64,000 nucleotides of DNA, taken from Candidatus Deferrimicrobiaceae bacterium (GTDB lineage: Bacteria; Desulfobacterota; Deferrimicrobia; Deferrimicrobiales; Deferrimicrobiaceae). Below the pieces are notes generated by a model that did not search any database, was not told the DNA's origin, and saw only the letters and a program-made list of their open reading frames with translations. Both the position numbers and the translations under genes were made by a program. Every line of letters begins with the position of its first letter. The first letter of the stretch is position 1. The DNA is taken from NCBI GenBank assembly GCA_963792415.1, contig CAWBVY010000004.1, forward strand, positions 384,001 to 448,000, read 5' to 3'. Shown here in pieces: positions 29,107-37,607 of this stretch.

Positions 29107-30131
29107 CGCGCCCCCAGGGCCATGCCCAGCCGCAGGATCTCGGCGATAAGGTCTTGGTAGGAGAGCCCCGCCGCGCGCGCCGCGCGCGGCATCCCCGCGT
29201 CGGTGGAGATGTCGGGATTCGGGTTGACCTCGAGGACGAACAGCTCCCCTTTGGCGTTCATGCGGAAGTCGACCCTGGCATACCCGGTCAGGCGGAAGAT
29301 CCGCGCACAGGCGAGGGTGATCTCCGAAAGCCGGGCGGCGAGCCCGGGCGGGACGTCCGCGGGGCAGGCCGGGGCGATCTCCGAATAGGAGGGGTGCGTC
29401 GCGTTCCACTTCGAATCGTACGTGCAGAGCCGCCAGCGCGGGTTCCGGTAGACGAGCTCCGCGGGTGGGAGCGACCGGTGCGGATCGGTGGCCGACCCGT
29501 TCCCGAGCACGCCGACGTTGAACTCCCGCCCCTCGACGAACTCCTCGACGAGCGAATCCTGCTGGAATGTTTCCCTCAGCCACTTCACCTGCCGGCGCAG
29601 GCCGGCCAGGTCGGCGACGACGCTGTCCTCGGTGATCCCGGCCGAGCCGTCCTCGTTCGCCGGTTTCACGACCAGCGGGTACGAAAGCCCCGGCTCCCGG
29701 GCGGGATCGCCGGTGCAGAGCCGGAAGCGCGGCGTCGGGATCCCGTTGGCGATCATCAACTGCTTGGAGAGCGCCTTGCTGTTGCAGATCCCGAGCGCGA
29801 GCGGCCCGTTTCCGGTGTACGGCAGGCGGAGCAGTTCGAGGAGGGCGCAGGCGTGGAGCTCCTTTTCGGGGGAGAGGTCCGGGCACTCGCACAGGTTGAA
29901 GACCGCCTCGGCCCCGGAGGAACGCAGCCCCGAGATCAGCTCCCCGGGGTCCTTTCCGAACGCGTGGGTCCACGCGTCGTGGCCGGCGGAGCGAAGGGTC
30001 TCCGTCACCAGCTTCGCGTTGATCGCCAGGTCCATGTCCTCCCGGTGTTCCTCCCTCACATCCTTGAGCGATTCGAAGACGGAGGTGTAGAGGACGGCGA
30101 CGCGCGCCCCCTTCGTCGCGACCGGGGTCAC
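29103..30131 (-). CDS. ATP-grasp ligase, D-Ala-D-Ala ligase-like (B)
   Basis: VFNLCE, KPANEDGSAGI, EEFVEGREF, YARVDFR, LEVNPNP. GTGA overlap. Confidence 0.85.
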   Translation of the reverse strand: MTPVATKGARVAVLYTSVFESLKDVREEHREDMDLAINAKLVTETLRSAGHDAWTHAFGKDPGELISGLRSSGAEAVFNLCECPDLSPEKELHACALLELLRLPYTGNGPLALGICNSKALSKQLMIANGIPTPRFRLCTGDPAREPGLSYPLVVKPANEDGSAGITEDSVVADLAGLRRQVKWLRETFQQDSLVEEFVEGREFNVGVLGNGSATDPHRSLPPAELVYRNPRWRLCTYDSKWNATHPSYSEIAPACPADVPPGLAARLSEITLACARIFRLTGYARVDFRMNAKGELFVLEVNPNPDISTDAGMPRAARAAGLSYQDLIAEILRLGMALGAR

Positions 30132-31120
30132 GCGGCCCCCATCCCGAGGCGGGAAAGGGCGTGCGAGAGGATCTCGCCGACGAGGGACAGGTAAGGGATC
30201 CCCATCCGGTCCGCCAGGATCGGCAGGTCGCCGTACCCCGGGGAAAGGCCCGGCAGGGGGTTGCACTCGATGAAGTGCGGCGTGCCCGAAGCGTCGAGAC
30301 GGAAGTCGATCCGGGAGAAGTCGCGGCATCCGAGGGCCCGGTAGATCCCCAGCGCGCACCGCTCGATCTCCGAGAGGACCTCTGCCGGCAGCGCCGGGGG
30401 GACGCGGTACGCCACGCGGTTCTCCCAGTCCCTCTTCACCTCGAGGGAGTATACGAACTCGGCCGGGGGGACCGTCTTCGGAACGATCTCCATCATCCCG
30501 GCGACCCGGGGCGGATCGTTCCCCAGCACTCCCACCGTGACCTCCGCCCCCGGCACGAACGCCTCGACCATCGCTTCCTGGCGGTATGTCCGTGTGACGA
30601 ACCGCACCATCTCCCTCGCCTGGTCGAGCGACGCTGCGCGCGAAGCGATCCGGACCCCTTTGCTCGATCCTTCGAAGACGGGTTTCACCATGACGGGGTA
30701 GGGAAACGGGAGAGAATCGAGCTCCTCGGCGGACCGGAAGGTCCGGAACGGCGGGGTGGGAAACCCGTCGTGCTCCACGAGGCGCTTGGCCACCGGCTTG
30801 TCGAGGGTGACGCAGAGCGTGAGCGGATCGGAGCCGACGTACGGGACGCCGAGCATCTCGAGGACGGCAGGGACATGCGCCTCGCGGCACCGGCCGCCTT
30901 CCCCTTCCGCGATGTTGAAGACGATGTCGGGCGCGGCGCCCCGCAGCGCGTCGACGAACCCGCGTCCGGCGGGAAGCCGGCGGACGTCGTGGCCCAGGAG
31001 GGAGAGGGCGTTCTCGATGTGGCCCACCGTCGCCTCTGAGTCGTACTCCTCGAAGGCGTCCTCGGGCAGCTGTTCGGGCGTGTCGGCCGGCTTTACGTTG
31101 AAGGCGAGCCCGACTCGCAC
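30128..31120 (-). CDS. ATP-grasp ligase, D-Ala-D-Ala ligase-like (A)
   Basis: VFNIAEG..GRCREAHVP, KPVFEGSSKG, SRIDFR, IECNPLPGL. GTG start with AGGAGG RBS inside the kamA 3' end. Confidence 0.85.
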   Translation of the reverse strand: MRVGLAFNVKPADTPEQLPEDAFEEYDSEATVGHIENALSLLGHDVRRLPAGRGFVDALRGAAPDIVFNIAEGEGGRCREAHVPAVLEMLGVPYVGSDPLTLCVTLDKPVAKRLVEHDGFPTPPFRTFRSAEELDSLPFPYPVMVKPVFEGSSKGVRIASRAASLDQAREMVRFVTRTYRQEAMVEAFVPGAEVTVGVLGNDPPRVAGMMEIVPKTVPPAEFVYSLEVKRDWENRVAYRVPPALPAEVLSEIERCALGIYRALGCRDFSRIDFRLDASGTPHFIECNPLPGLSPGYGDLPILADRMGIPYLSLVGEILSHALSRLGMGAA

Positions 31121-32412
31121 CGGCGTTTCCTCCTGGCCATCCGCTCGTTCCCCGCGGGGATGAGCGCGCGGACCTCCCCGGTCAGCAGGCGGTAGACGTC
31201 GTTGCGCGGCGGAGGGAGCGCCGAATCGACCCGCGCCGAAGGGCGGCCGTCGTCCCGCGCCTCCTCGTAGCTCACGACGATCCCCTCGTAGTTCCGCAGG
31301 ACCGTCCGGTCCTCGCCCATCGAGAGGATGTAGTTCGGCATCAGCGGGATCTTGCCGCCGCCCCCGGGGACGTCCACCACGTAGGAGGGGATCGCGAGCC
31401 CCGAGGTGAGGCCCCGCAGCGCCTCCATGATCTGGATCCCCTTCGACAGGCGGGTTCGGAAATGGTCGAGCCCCCGGACCATGTCGCACTGGAAGAGGTA
31501 GTAGGGGCGGACCTTCGCCCTCAACAGCTCCGTGTTGAGCTTCCGGATGATCTCGGCGTGGTCGTTGACGCCCTTGAGCAGGACGGTCTGGTTGTTGACG
31601 GGAACGCCCGCGCGAAGGAGCCGGTCGCACGCCTGGCGCGCCTCGGGGGTGACCTCCCGGGAGTGGTTGAACTGCGTGTTCAGCCAGACGGGGCCGTACT
31701 TTTCGAGCACCGCGCACAGCTCGTCGTCGATCCGCATCGGGAGGACCACCGGCACGCGGGTGCCGATCCGGATGATCTCGACGTGCGGGATCTTGCGGAG
31801 GCTCTTCAATATGTACTCGATCCGATCGGTCGGAAGCGTCAGCGGGTCCCCCCCCGAGACGATGACGTCGCGGATCTCCTCGTGGCGGCGGATGTAGGCG
31901 AACATCTTCGACAGCTCGAACTCGGTCTTCGCCGATTCGCCCAGGGTCCAGATCCGCTTCCGCGTGCAGTGGCGGCAATACATCGAGCAGAAGTTGGTGA
32001 CGACCATCAGGCAGCGGTCCGGGTACCGGTGGGTGAGCCCCGGGACCGGCATGTCCTTCTCCTCCTCGAGGGGGTCGTCCTCGCCGTCCTCGGCGCCGAA
32101 ATACTCCTCGGCGGAGGGGATCGACTGGCGGGCGATCGGATCGTCGGGGTCGTCGAACCGGATGAGCGAGAGGTAGTAGGGGGTGACGGCGAGCCGGTAG
32201 ATGTCCGTCACGCGGGAGAGGCGCTGCGCCTCTTCCGGGGGGATCCGGCAGAGCCCCGCGAGGTCGTCGACGGAGGTGATGCGGTTGGACAGCTGCCAGC
32301 GGTAATCGTTCCACTGCTCGCGCGAGACCTGCGGCCAGGGAAGGCCGACCGGCGCGGTCCTCCCCTTGGGGCGCCTCAACGGTGCGGCGACGTCACCGGG
32401 ATGGGTCTCCAT
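31093..32412 (-). CDS. kamA: KamA family radical SAM enzyme, probable lysine 2,3-aminomutase
   Basis: HRYPDR, CSMYCRHC, SGGDPL, YYLFQCD, VVDVPGGGGK (PLP lysine). Confidence 0.88.
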   Translation of the reverse strand: METHPGDVAAPLRRPKGRTAPVGLPWPQVSREQWNDYRWQLSNRITSVDDLAGLCRIPPEEAQRLSRVTDIYRLAVTPYYLSLIRFDDPDDPIARQSIPSAEEYFGAEDGEDDPLEEEKDMPVPGLTHRYPDRCLMVVTNFCSMYCRHCTRKRIWTLGESAKTEFELSKMFAYIRRHEEIRDVIVSGGDPLTLPTDRIEYILKSLRKIPHVEIIRIGTRVPVVLPMRIDDELCAVLEKYGPVWLNTQFNHSREVTPEARQACDRLLRAGVPVNNQTVLLKGVNDHAEIIRKLNTELLRAKVRPYYLFQCDMVRGLDHFRTRLSKGIQIMEALRGLTSGLAIPSYVVDVPGGGGKIPLMPNYILSMGEDRTVLRNYEGIVVSYEEARDDGRPSARVDSALPPPRNDVYRLLTGEVRALIPAGNERMARRKRRCESGSPST

Positions 32413-32484
32413 GATCCTCCTCGAGTTCCCCGTTTCCGGGGTGGATGGCCGGGGGGATCCCGGCGTTAGCGCCTGGAAAGACCG

Positions 32485-33021
32485 TTATCGCCCGCTCGTG
32501 CGCACCCAGAGAAAGTCGACGAGCGTCTTCCCCTTGTTCGAATATGCGAACTCCTGCTCCCCGGCGAAGTAGAGGCTCTCCCCCTTGCGGGCCACGTAGG
32601 AGATCTGTCCGAGCCGGAGGCTCAGGCGCCCGGCCAGAACGTGGATATAGTTCTCCCCTTCCTGCGGGGGCTCCGGGAGTGTCTGCCTCCCCGGGGCGAT
32701 CGTGGCGCGATATGCGACGATGGAGCGGTAGCGGCTCTTGGGCAGAAGCGTGTCGAACTCCTTGTATCCGGTGACATCGGAAGGGAGGGCGTCGCTCTTC
32801 CGGAAGAGCACCTTCTCCTCGTCGACGTCGGCGAAGAAGGAGGAGGGCGTCTCGTTGAGGGCGGAGAGGATCTCGAAGAGGTTCGCAACGGAGGGGGAGG
32901 TGAGGTTGCGCTCGACCTGGGAGATGGCGCCCTTGGTCAGGCCCGCGCGTTCGGCCAGGTCGGCCTGGGCCAGCCCGTTGATCTGGCGGAGGTGCTTGAT
33001 CCTTGCGCCGATGTCCATCAT
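32485..33021 (-). CDS. XRE-HTH + cupin transcriptional regulator
   Basis: IGARIKHLRQ..LAERAGLTKGAISQVERNLTSPS HTH plus C-terminal cupin (GENYIHVL.G). Confidence 0.9.
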   Translation of the reverse strand: MMDIGARIKHLRQINGLAQADLAERAGLTKGAISQVERNLTSPSVANLFEILSALNETPSSFFADVDEEKVLFRKSDALPSDVTGYKEFDTLLPKSRYRSIVAYRATIAPGRQTLPEPPQEGENYIHVLAGRLSLRLGQISYVARKGESLYFAGEQEFAYSNKGKTLVDFLWVRTSGR

Positions 33022-33062
33022 GGGACTGTTTTTTAAACCCTCCGTTTAGTAAACCTATCCAA

Positions 33063-33091
33063 ATTCTAGAAATACGCGTTCGCGGTGTCAA
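33063..33091 (-). promoter_or_regulatory. sigma70 promoter for the XRE-kamA operon
   Basis: Minus strand TTGACA (33091-33086), 17 bp, TAGAAT (33068-33063). Confidence 0.75.
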
Positions 33092-33606
33092 CCGGAAAAT
33101 AGCGAATCCCATAAACTTTTTTAATATTCGACCGCTGCCCTCTAATCACGTGGGGACGGTTTGCTATACCTGAAAAACGGCCTTTCCGTGAAAAGGAAAT
33201 CGCGGTCCGGGGGTGGCGCGCGCCGCGCGAGCCCTTGCACGGCGTGGATTCCCGCGCACAGGTGCGCGACGGATCGCGAAGGGAACGCGGAGGGGATTCC
33301 ATCCGAAGGGGTGATCTCATCGCCACGGCGTTTTCTCCGATCCGTTTTCTCCGCGGCAATGTATTTTTCCGTTGCCGCCGGGCAAGGAGCGCGCTCCCCC
33401 GGTACCCGGGGACCTGCTCAATGCATTGATCGGCAGCGGAGAGAAAAACTTTATCGTTTTCGAGGGATTTTCCGCGCCGTCCGCGCAACTGCGCGCATCC
33501 AGCTCTCGTTCGAACCGCGCTCCCCGGGGTACCCCCGCAGGAAAAAGCCAGGGGGGCGCGAGCCCGGGAGCAAGGTTCGGCGTTGTGCGCTTTCCTGGTG
33601 CGCGGA

Positions 33607-33636
33607 TTGACAACGCGAAGGGAAATCGGAGAGAAT
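33607..33636 (+). promoter_or_regulatory. sigma70 promoter for tRNA-Ala
   Basis: TTGACA, 18 bp, GAGAAT, lying 18 nt upstream of the tRNA. Confidence 0.6.
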
Positions 33637-33654
33637 GCTTCCCTGCGCGCAGGT

Positions 33655-33730
33655 GGGGGAGTAGCTCAGCTGGGAGAGCACCACGTTCGCAACGTGGGGG
33701 TCGAGGGTTCAATCCCCTTCTCCTCCACCA
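33655..33730 (+). tRNA. tRNA-Ala (anticodon CGC)
   Basis: 76-nt cloverleaf, G3:U70 alanine identity pair, anticodon arm CCACG-TTCGCAA-CGTGG, GGTTCAATCC T-loop, encoded CCA. Confidence 0.97.
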
Positions 33731-33756
33731 TCCTTCGCTCCTTCGGAGCTTCGGAT

Positions 33757-33810
33757 GGTGCCCGACGAAGCTCGCAGAGCGAAGTCGGGCACCACCTTTC
33801 TTTTCTTTTC
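33757..33810 (+). terminator. REP-like hairpin plus T-tract downstream of the tRNA
   Basis: GGTGCCCGAC..GTCGGGCACC stem followed by TTTCTTTTCTTTT. Confidence 0.6.
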
Positions 33811-33967
33811 CTCACAACAAGCTTGCACCAGGGGATGGAACCGGCCTCGGGCGCCGACGAACAGGAGCCCCGCCACAAACCGAGAGGCAAAGCGCCGCCT
33901 GGGTACCTCGCACGTTTCGTCGAGAGGCACGCGTCAGCCACACCCCCTGTCGTAGTATCATCCGGGC

Positions 33968-36205
33968 ATGACCTTTTCCCTCTCCGCGCCGCTGTTCGTC
34001 GAGGTGGCCGTGCCGCTCCCCATCGACCATCCGTTCACGTACCGGGTCCCCTTCGGGGAGGAGCATCGCGCAAAGGTCGGCGTTCGCGTCCTCATCCCGT
34101 TCGGGGGGCGGAAGATGACGGGGCTGGTCACGGCGATCACCGACGCCTCCGCCCTCGGCGGGCGGGACGCGAAGGACCTTCTCGCGATCCTCGATGACAC
34201 GCCGTACGTGTCCGGGCGCCACCTCGCGTTCCTTTCCGCGACCGCCCGCGAATGCCTTGCCCCGCTGGGCGAGACGCTGCGCGCGGCCCTCCCCCGCGGC
34301 CTTCCCCGGAAGGAGGCACCGTCCGGGCCCCGGATGGAGGCGTTCTACCGCCCTTCACCGCTTCCCCTCGAGGGTCCGGTGACTCCGAAGCAGCGCCTTG
34401 CGCACGAAGCCGTTCGCGAGGCGGGGGGACTGTCCTCCTCCGAACTTTCGTTGCGGGTGCCGGGCGGGGCGGAGGCGGCGAAGCGCCTCGCCGCGAAAGG
34501 ATTCCTGCTCGTCGAGTCCCGACCCCGGCCGGTGACCCTGCACGCCACGTCTCTTCCCGACCTGGCGGGGGCTCTCTCGCCCACGCCCGGCCAGGAGGCC
34601 GCGCTTGCGCGGGTCGGGGTCGCCGTCGCCTCGGGGCGGCACGCCGTCTTCGTGCTGCACGGCGTGACCGGTTCCGGGAAGACCGAGGTCTACCTGCGCG
34701 CGGTCGAACAGGCGCGCGCGACGGGCCGCCAGGCGATCTTCCTCGTACCCGAGATCGCCCTCACCCCCCAGCTGCTCGGCAGGGTCCGTTCCCGGTTCCG
34801 CGACGGGGTCGCCGTGCTTCACAGCGGGCTCACTCCGGCGGAGCGGTCCTCCCAGTGGAGAAAGATCCGCGACGGCGAGGTGTTCCTCTGCGTGGGGGCG
34901 CGCTCCGCGATCTTCTCCCCCTTCCCGTCCGTGGGGCTCGTCGTCGTGGACGAGGAGCACGACGCCGCGTACAAGCAGGAGGACGGCGTCCGGTACCAGG
35001 CCCGGGATCTCGCCCTGCTGCGGGGCCGCATGGAGGACGCCGTCGTCCTGCTGGGCTCCGCCACGCCATCCGCCGAGTCGTTCCACCGGGCTCGGACCGG
35101 CGCCGCGACGCTTCTTTCCCTCCCCGAGCGGATCGGCGGGAGCGACATGCCGGATATCTCCGTCGTCGACCTCAAGGGCCGCACGGACCGGCGCGGCGCC
35201 GACCGCTACTTCTCATCAGAGCTCGAGTCGGAAATCGACGCGACCCTTGCCCGGGGCGAGAAGACGATGCTCTTCCTCAACCGGCGCGGGTTCGCCGCCG
35301 CCCTCACGTGCCTCGAGTGCGGGACCACGGTGCAGTGCCGGAATTGCCAGGTGGCGCTCACGTACCACCGGGAGCATGAGGCGCTCCTGTGCCACTACTG
35401 CAACGTGAAGCGGAAGGAGCCCGAATCGTGCGCGAAGTGCGGCGGGCACAAGCTCGCCCAGGTCGGGATCGGGACGGAGCGGCTCCTCTCCTGGGTCTCG
35501 AAGCGGTGGAAGGAGGCGCGGGTCGCGCGGCTCGATTCGGACGTCACGCGGAAGCGCGGGGCCTATGCCGAGGTCCTCTCCGGCATGCAGCGGGGGGAGG
35601 TGGACATCCTCGTCGGGACGCAGATGATCGCCAAGGGGCACGACTTCCCCGAAGTCACCTTCGTCGGGGTGCTGTTGGCCGACCTCTCCCTGTCGTTTCC
35701 GGACTTCCGGTCGTCGGAGCGCACCTTCCAGATCCTGACGCAGGTGGCGGGACGTTCGGGGCGCGGCCCCCGGCCGGGCAAGGTCCTCTACCAGGCGATG
35801 GCGCCGGAGAGCCCGGCCATCCGCAAGGCGGCGGAGCACGACTACTCCGGGTTCATGGAAGACGAGCTCGCTGCGCGGGAAGCGATGGGGTACCCCCCTT
35901 TCGGCCGGATGCTGTTGCTGCGCCTGTCGGGGACGAGGCAGGAAGCCGCGCGTGCGGCGGCCGATCTTGTAACCGGTGCGCTTTCCGGCCCGATGTCCGC
36001 CCACGGAGTTCGCCTCCTGGGCCCGGCCCCCTCGCCGATCGCGCGGGTCAAGCGCCGCTTCCACTACCAGATCCTCCTGGTGATGCCCGCCGACCTCCCG
36101 GTGGGGGACCTCCTCCCGGAGCTCCTGCGACCGCTCCGCGAGCGGGTCCGCAAGTCGGGCGCGCGCCTCGAGGCCGACGTCGACCCGTATCAGATGATGG
36201 TGTGA
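33968..36205 (+). CDS. priA: Primosomal protein N'
   Basis: GVTGSGKTEVY, VDEEHD, LGSATPS, zinc-finger CxxC pairs, GTQMIAKGHDFP, QVAGRSGR. Confidence 0.96.
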   Translation: MTFSLSAPLFVEVAVPLPIDHPFTYRVPFGEEHRAKVGVRVLIPFGGRKMTGLVTAITDASALGGRDAKDLLAILDDTPYVSGRHLAFLSATARECLAPLGETLRAALPRGLPRKEAPSGPRMEAFYRPSPLPLEGPVTPKQRLAHEAVREAGGLSSSELSLRVPGGAEAAKRLAAKGFLLVESRPRPVTLHATSLPDLAGALSPTPGQEAALARVGVAVASGRHAVFVLHGVTGSGKTEVYLRAVEQARATGRQAIFLVPEIALTPQLLGRVRSRFRDGVAVLHSGLTPAERSSQWRKIRDGEVFLCVGARSAIFSPFPSVGLVVVDEEHDAAYKQEDGVRYQARDLALLRGRMEDAVVLLGSATPSAESFHRARTGAATLLSLPERIGGSDMPDISVVDLKGRTDRRGADRYFSSELESEIDATLARGEKTMLFLNRRGFAAALTCLECGTTVQCRNCQVALTYHREHEALLCHYCNVKRKEPESCAKCGGHKLAQVGIGTERLLSWVSKRWKEARVARLDSDVTRKRGAYAEVLSGMQRGEVDILVGTQMIAKGHDFPEVTFVGVLLADLSLSFPDFRSSERTFQILTQVAGRSGRGPRPGKVLYQAMAPESPAIRKAAEHDYSGFMEDELAAREAMGYPPFGRMLLLRLSGTRQEAARAAADLVTGALSGPMSAHGVRLLGPAPSPIARVKRRFHYQILLVMPADLPVGDLLPELLRPLRERVRKSGARLEADVDPYQMMV

Positions 36206-36267
36206 GCTCCCCTCGGCACGGCGCTTGAACTCCTTTCGTGCATCAACGCGCAAAGGAGGGCAGGACC

Positions 36268-36654
36268 ATGCGGGTGCACTACGTTCTGAACCACGGGGGG
36301 ACGCCGGCGTCGAAGCTGGCCGACGTCGAGATCCACTTCGAGGAGGGGCTCCTCGCCGGCCTCAAGCTGGTGGGGTGCTCCGTCTGGCGGTCGAAGAAGG
36401 GGGAGGCGCCGACCGTGCTCGTCCCCTCCCGCTCCTACGCCACCGCCGGGGGGGTCCGTTACTACGAGCTGCTGCGCTCCTCGATCGACGGCTCCTCCTC
36501 CGCGGCGGGGAACGGCGAGGACCCGGCGCCGAAGCTCGCCGTCCGGCGGTTCAAGGAGTACGTCCGCGACGAGTACCGCAAGATCGCGGCGCTGCCCGAC
36601 GAGCCGCCAATCCCCGCCGAGCGTGGCGGCGGGAAAAAGGCCGCCGCCCGGTAG
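36268..36654 (+). CDS. Hypothetical protein, possible SpoVG-like fold
   Basis: AGGAGG RBS; KLADVEIHF...GLKLVGCSVW...VLVPSRSY beta-rich pattern. Confidence 0.6.
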   Translation: MRVHYVLNHGGTPASKLADVEIHFEEGLLAGLKLVGCSVWRSKKGEAPTVLVPSRSYATAGGVRYYELLRSSIDGSSSAAGNGEDPAPKLAVRRFKEYVRDEYRKIAALPDEPPIPAERGGGKKAAAR

Positions 36655-36666
36655 GTTCCCTTCGAG

Positions 36667-36699
36667 GGGGACACTCCCGGATCGGTCGGAGTGTCCCCC
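36667..36699. terminator. Hairpin downstream of the 36268-36654 CDS
   Basis: GGGGACACTCC...GGAGTGTCCCC stem; no clear T-tract. Confidence 0.4.
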
Positions 36700-36817
36700 G
36701 TCATACGCTGCGGCCACCGTCGTGCCCCCTTCGATAAAACAGGTGAAAAGCCGACCCCGCCGGACATACAATCAAACGTCTATGTACTAACGGCGATGCA
36801 TCGCCCGGGGGGGGTCC

Positions 36818-37306
36818 ATGTCGGAAGTCGGCGAAAAGGTGGCGGAGGCGACCCGCCAGCGCGCGGCGGTCTACGCGCACCTGTTCCTCGTGCTGCGCAA
36901 GAAGCTCGGGGAGCGGGAGGCGGTCGACCTGATGAGCGAGGCGATCTACAACTTCGGCAGGGAAAAATCGACGCGCAACTACTCCGAGAAGGCGCGCTCC
37001 GGCGACCTCGAGCAGGCGGCACGGGAGTTCGCGTCCCCGGACCCGGCGAAGCAGCACCAGTTCGCCCCGCGGGTCGTGTCGCTCACCCCCGACGAGGCGG
37101 TGCTCGCGATGTCGAAGTGCCCACTGGTCGACGAGTGGCGGTCGATGGGGCTGCCGGACAAGGATGTCGCGACGCTCTGCCGCGTCGCCCACTCCGTCGA
37201 CTTCGGGACGTGGGAAGGGGCGCTGGGCTGCGCGCTCTGCTTCGAGGGAACCCGCGGGCAGGGGAAGGAAGAGTGCGTCCTCCGCGTGAAGAAGGCGCGG
37301 GGCTGA
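36818..37306 (+). CDS. L-2-amino-thiazoline-4-carboxylate hydrolase-like (V4R-related) protein
   Basis: CPLVDEW...G...LCRVA..VDFG and T..QG...C motifs. Confidence 0.65.
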   Translation: MSEVGEKVAEATRQRAAVYAHLFLVLRKKLGEREAVDLMSEAIYNFGREKSTRNYSEKARSGDLEQAAREFASPDPAKQHQFAPRVVSLTPDEAVLAMSKCPLVDEWRSMGLPDKDVATLCRVAHSVDFGTWEGALGCALCFEGTRGQGKEECVLRVKKARG

Positions 37307-37310
37307 CGCG

Positions 37311-37607
37311 ATGAGCGGGATCCGGGCGAGGGACTTCCAGTTCCTGCTGGTCGTGGTCGCGGTCGTCGCCCTGCTCACCGTCCTCTCCATGACGGGGAAG
37401 GAGCGGTTCATTGCGCGGACCGAGGCGCACCTTGCCGTCGCTCCGATCCAGGACACGGCCCAGGCCGACGCGGTCTGCCGGTCGTGTCACGGGGGAGAGA
37501 AATCGGCTTCCGTGGAAGGGAAGATGGGCCCCTTGATGCCGGAGAACCATCCGCTCCGGAAGAAGAACTGCCGTCAGTGCCACCGGCTGGAGCGGAAGAA
37601 GTCGTGA
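37311..37607 (+). CDS. Small membrane-anchored diheme c-type cytochrome
   Basis: N-terminal hydrophobic helix; CRSCH and CRQCH. Confidence 0.72.
   Translation: MSGIRARDFQFLLVVVAVVALLTVLSMTGKERFIARTEAHLAVAPIQDTAQADAVCRSCHGGEKSASVEGKMGPLMPENHPLRKKNCRQCHRLERKKS

Noticed and set aside
29103-31120. Cell-wall Ddl or Van-type glycopeptide-resistance ligases
   Set aside because: They lack the GGxSxE D-Ala-binding motif, and no mur, vanH, vanX or vanRS genes are adjacent.
31093-32412. EpmB (EF-P beta-lysylation) or lysine-fermentation kamA
   Set aside because: Longer than typical EpmB; no efp/epmA or kamDE/kdd/kce nearby.
33870-33900. c-di-GMP-I riboswitch (ACAAACC...GGCAAAGC resemblance)
   Set aside because: The P2/P3 stems and GNRA-receptor spacing cannot be built. 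Kept only as a generic hairpin.
33655-33970. Integrative element at tRNA-Ala
   Set aside because: No integrase, no duplicated tRNA 3' end seen, and the core gene priA follows.
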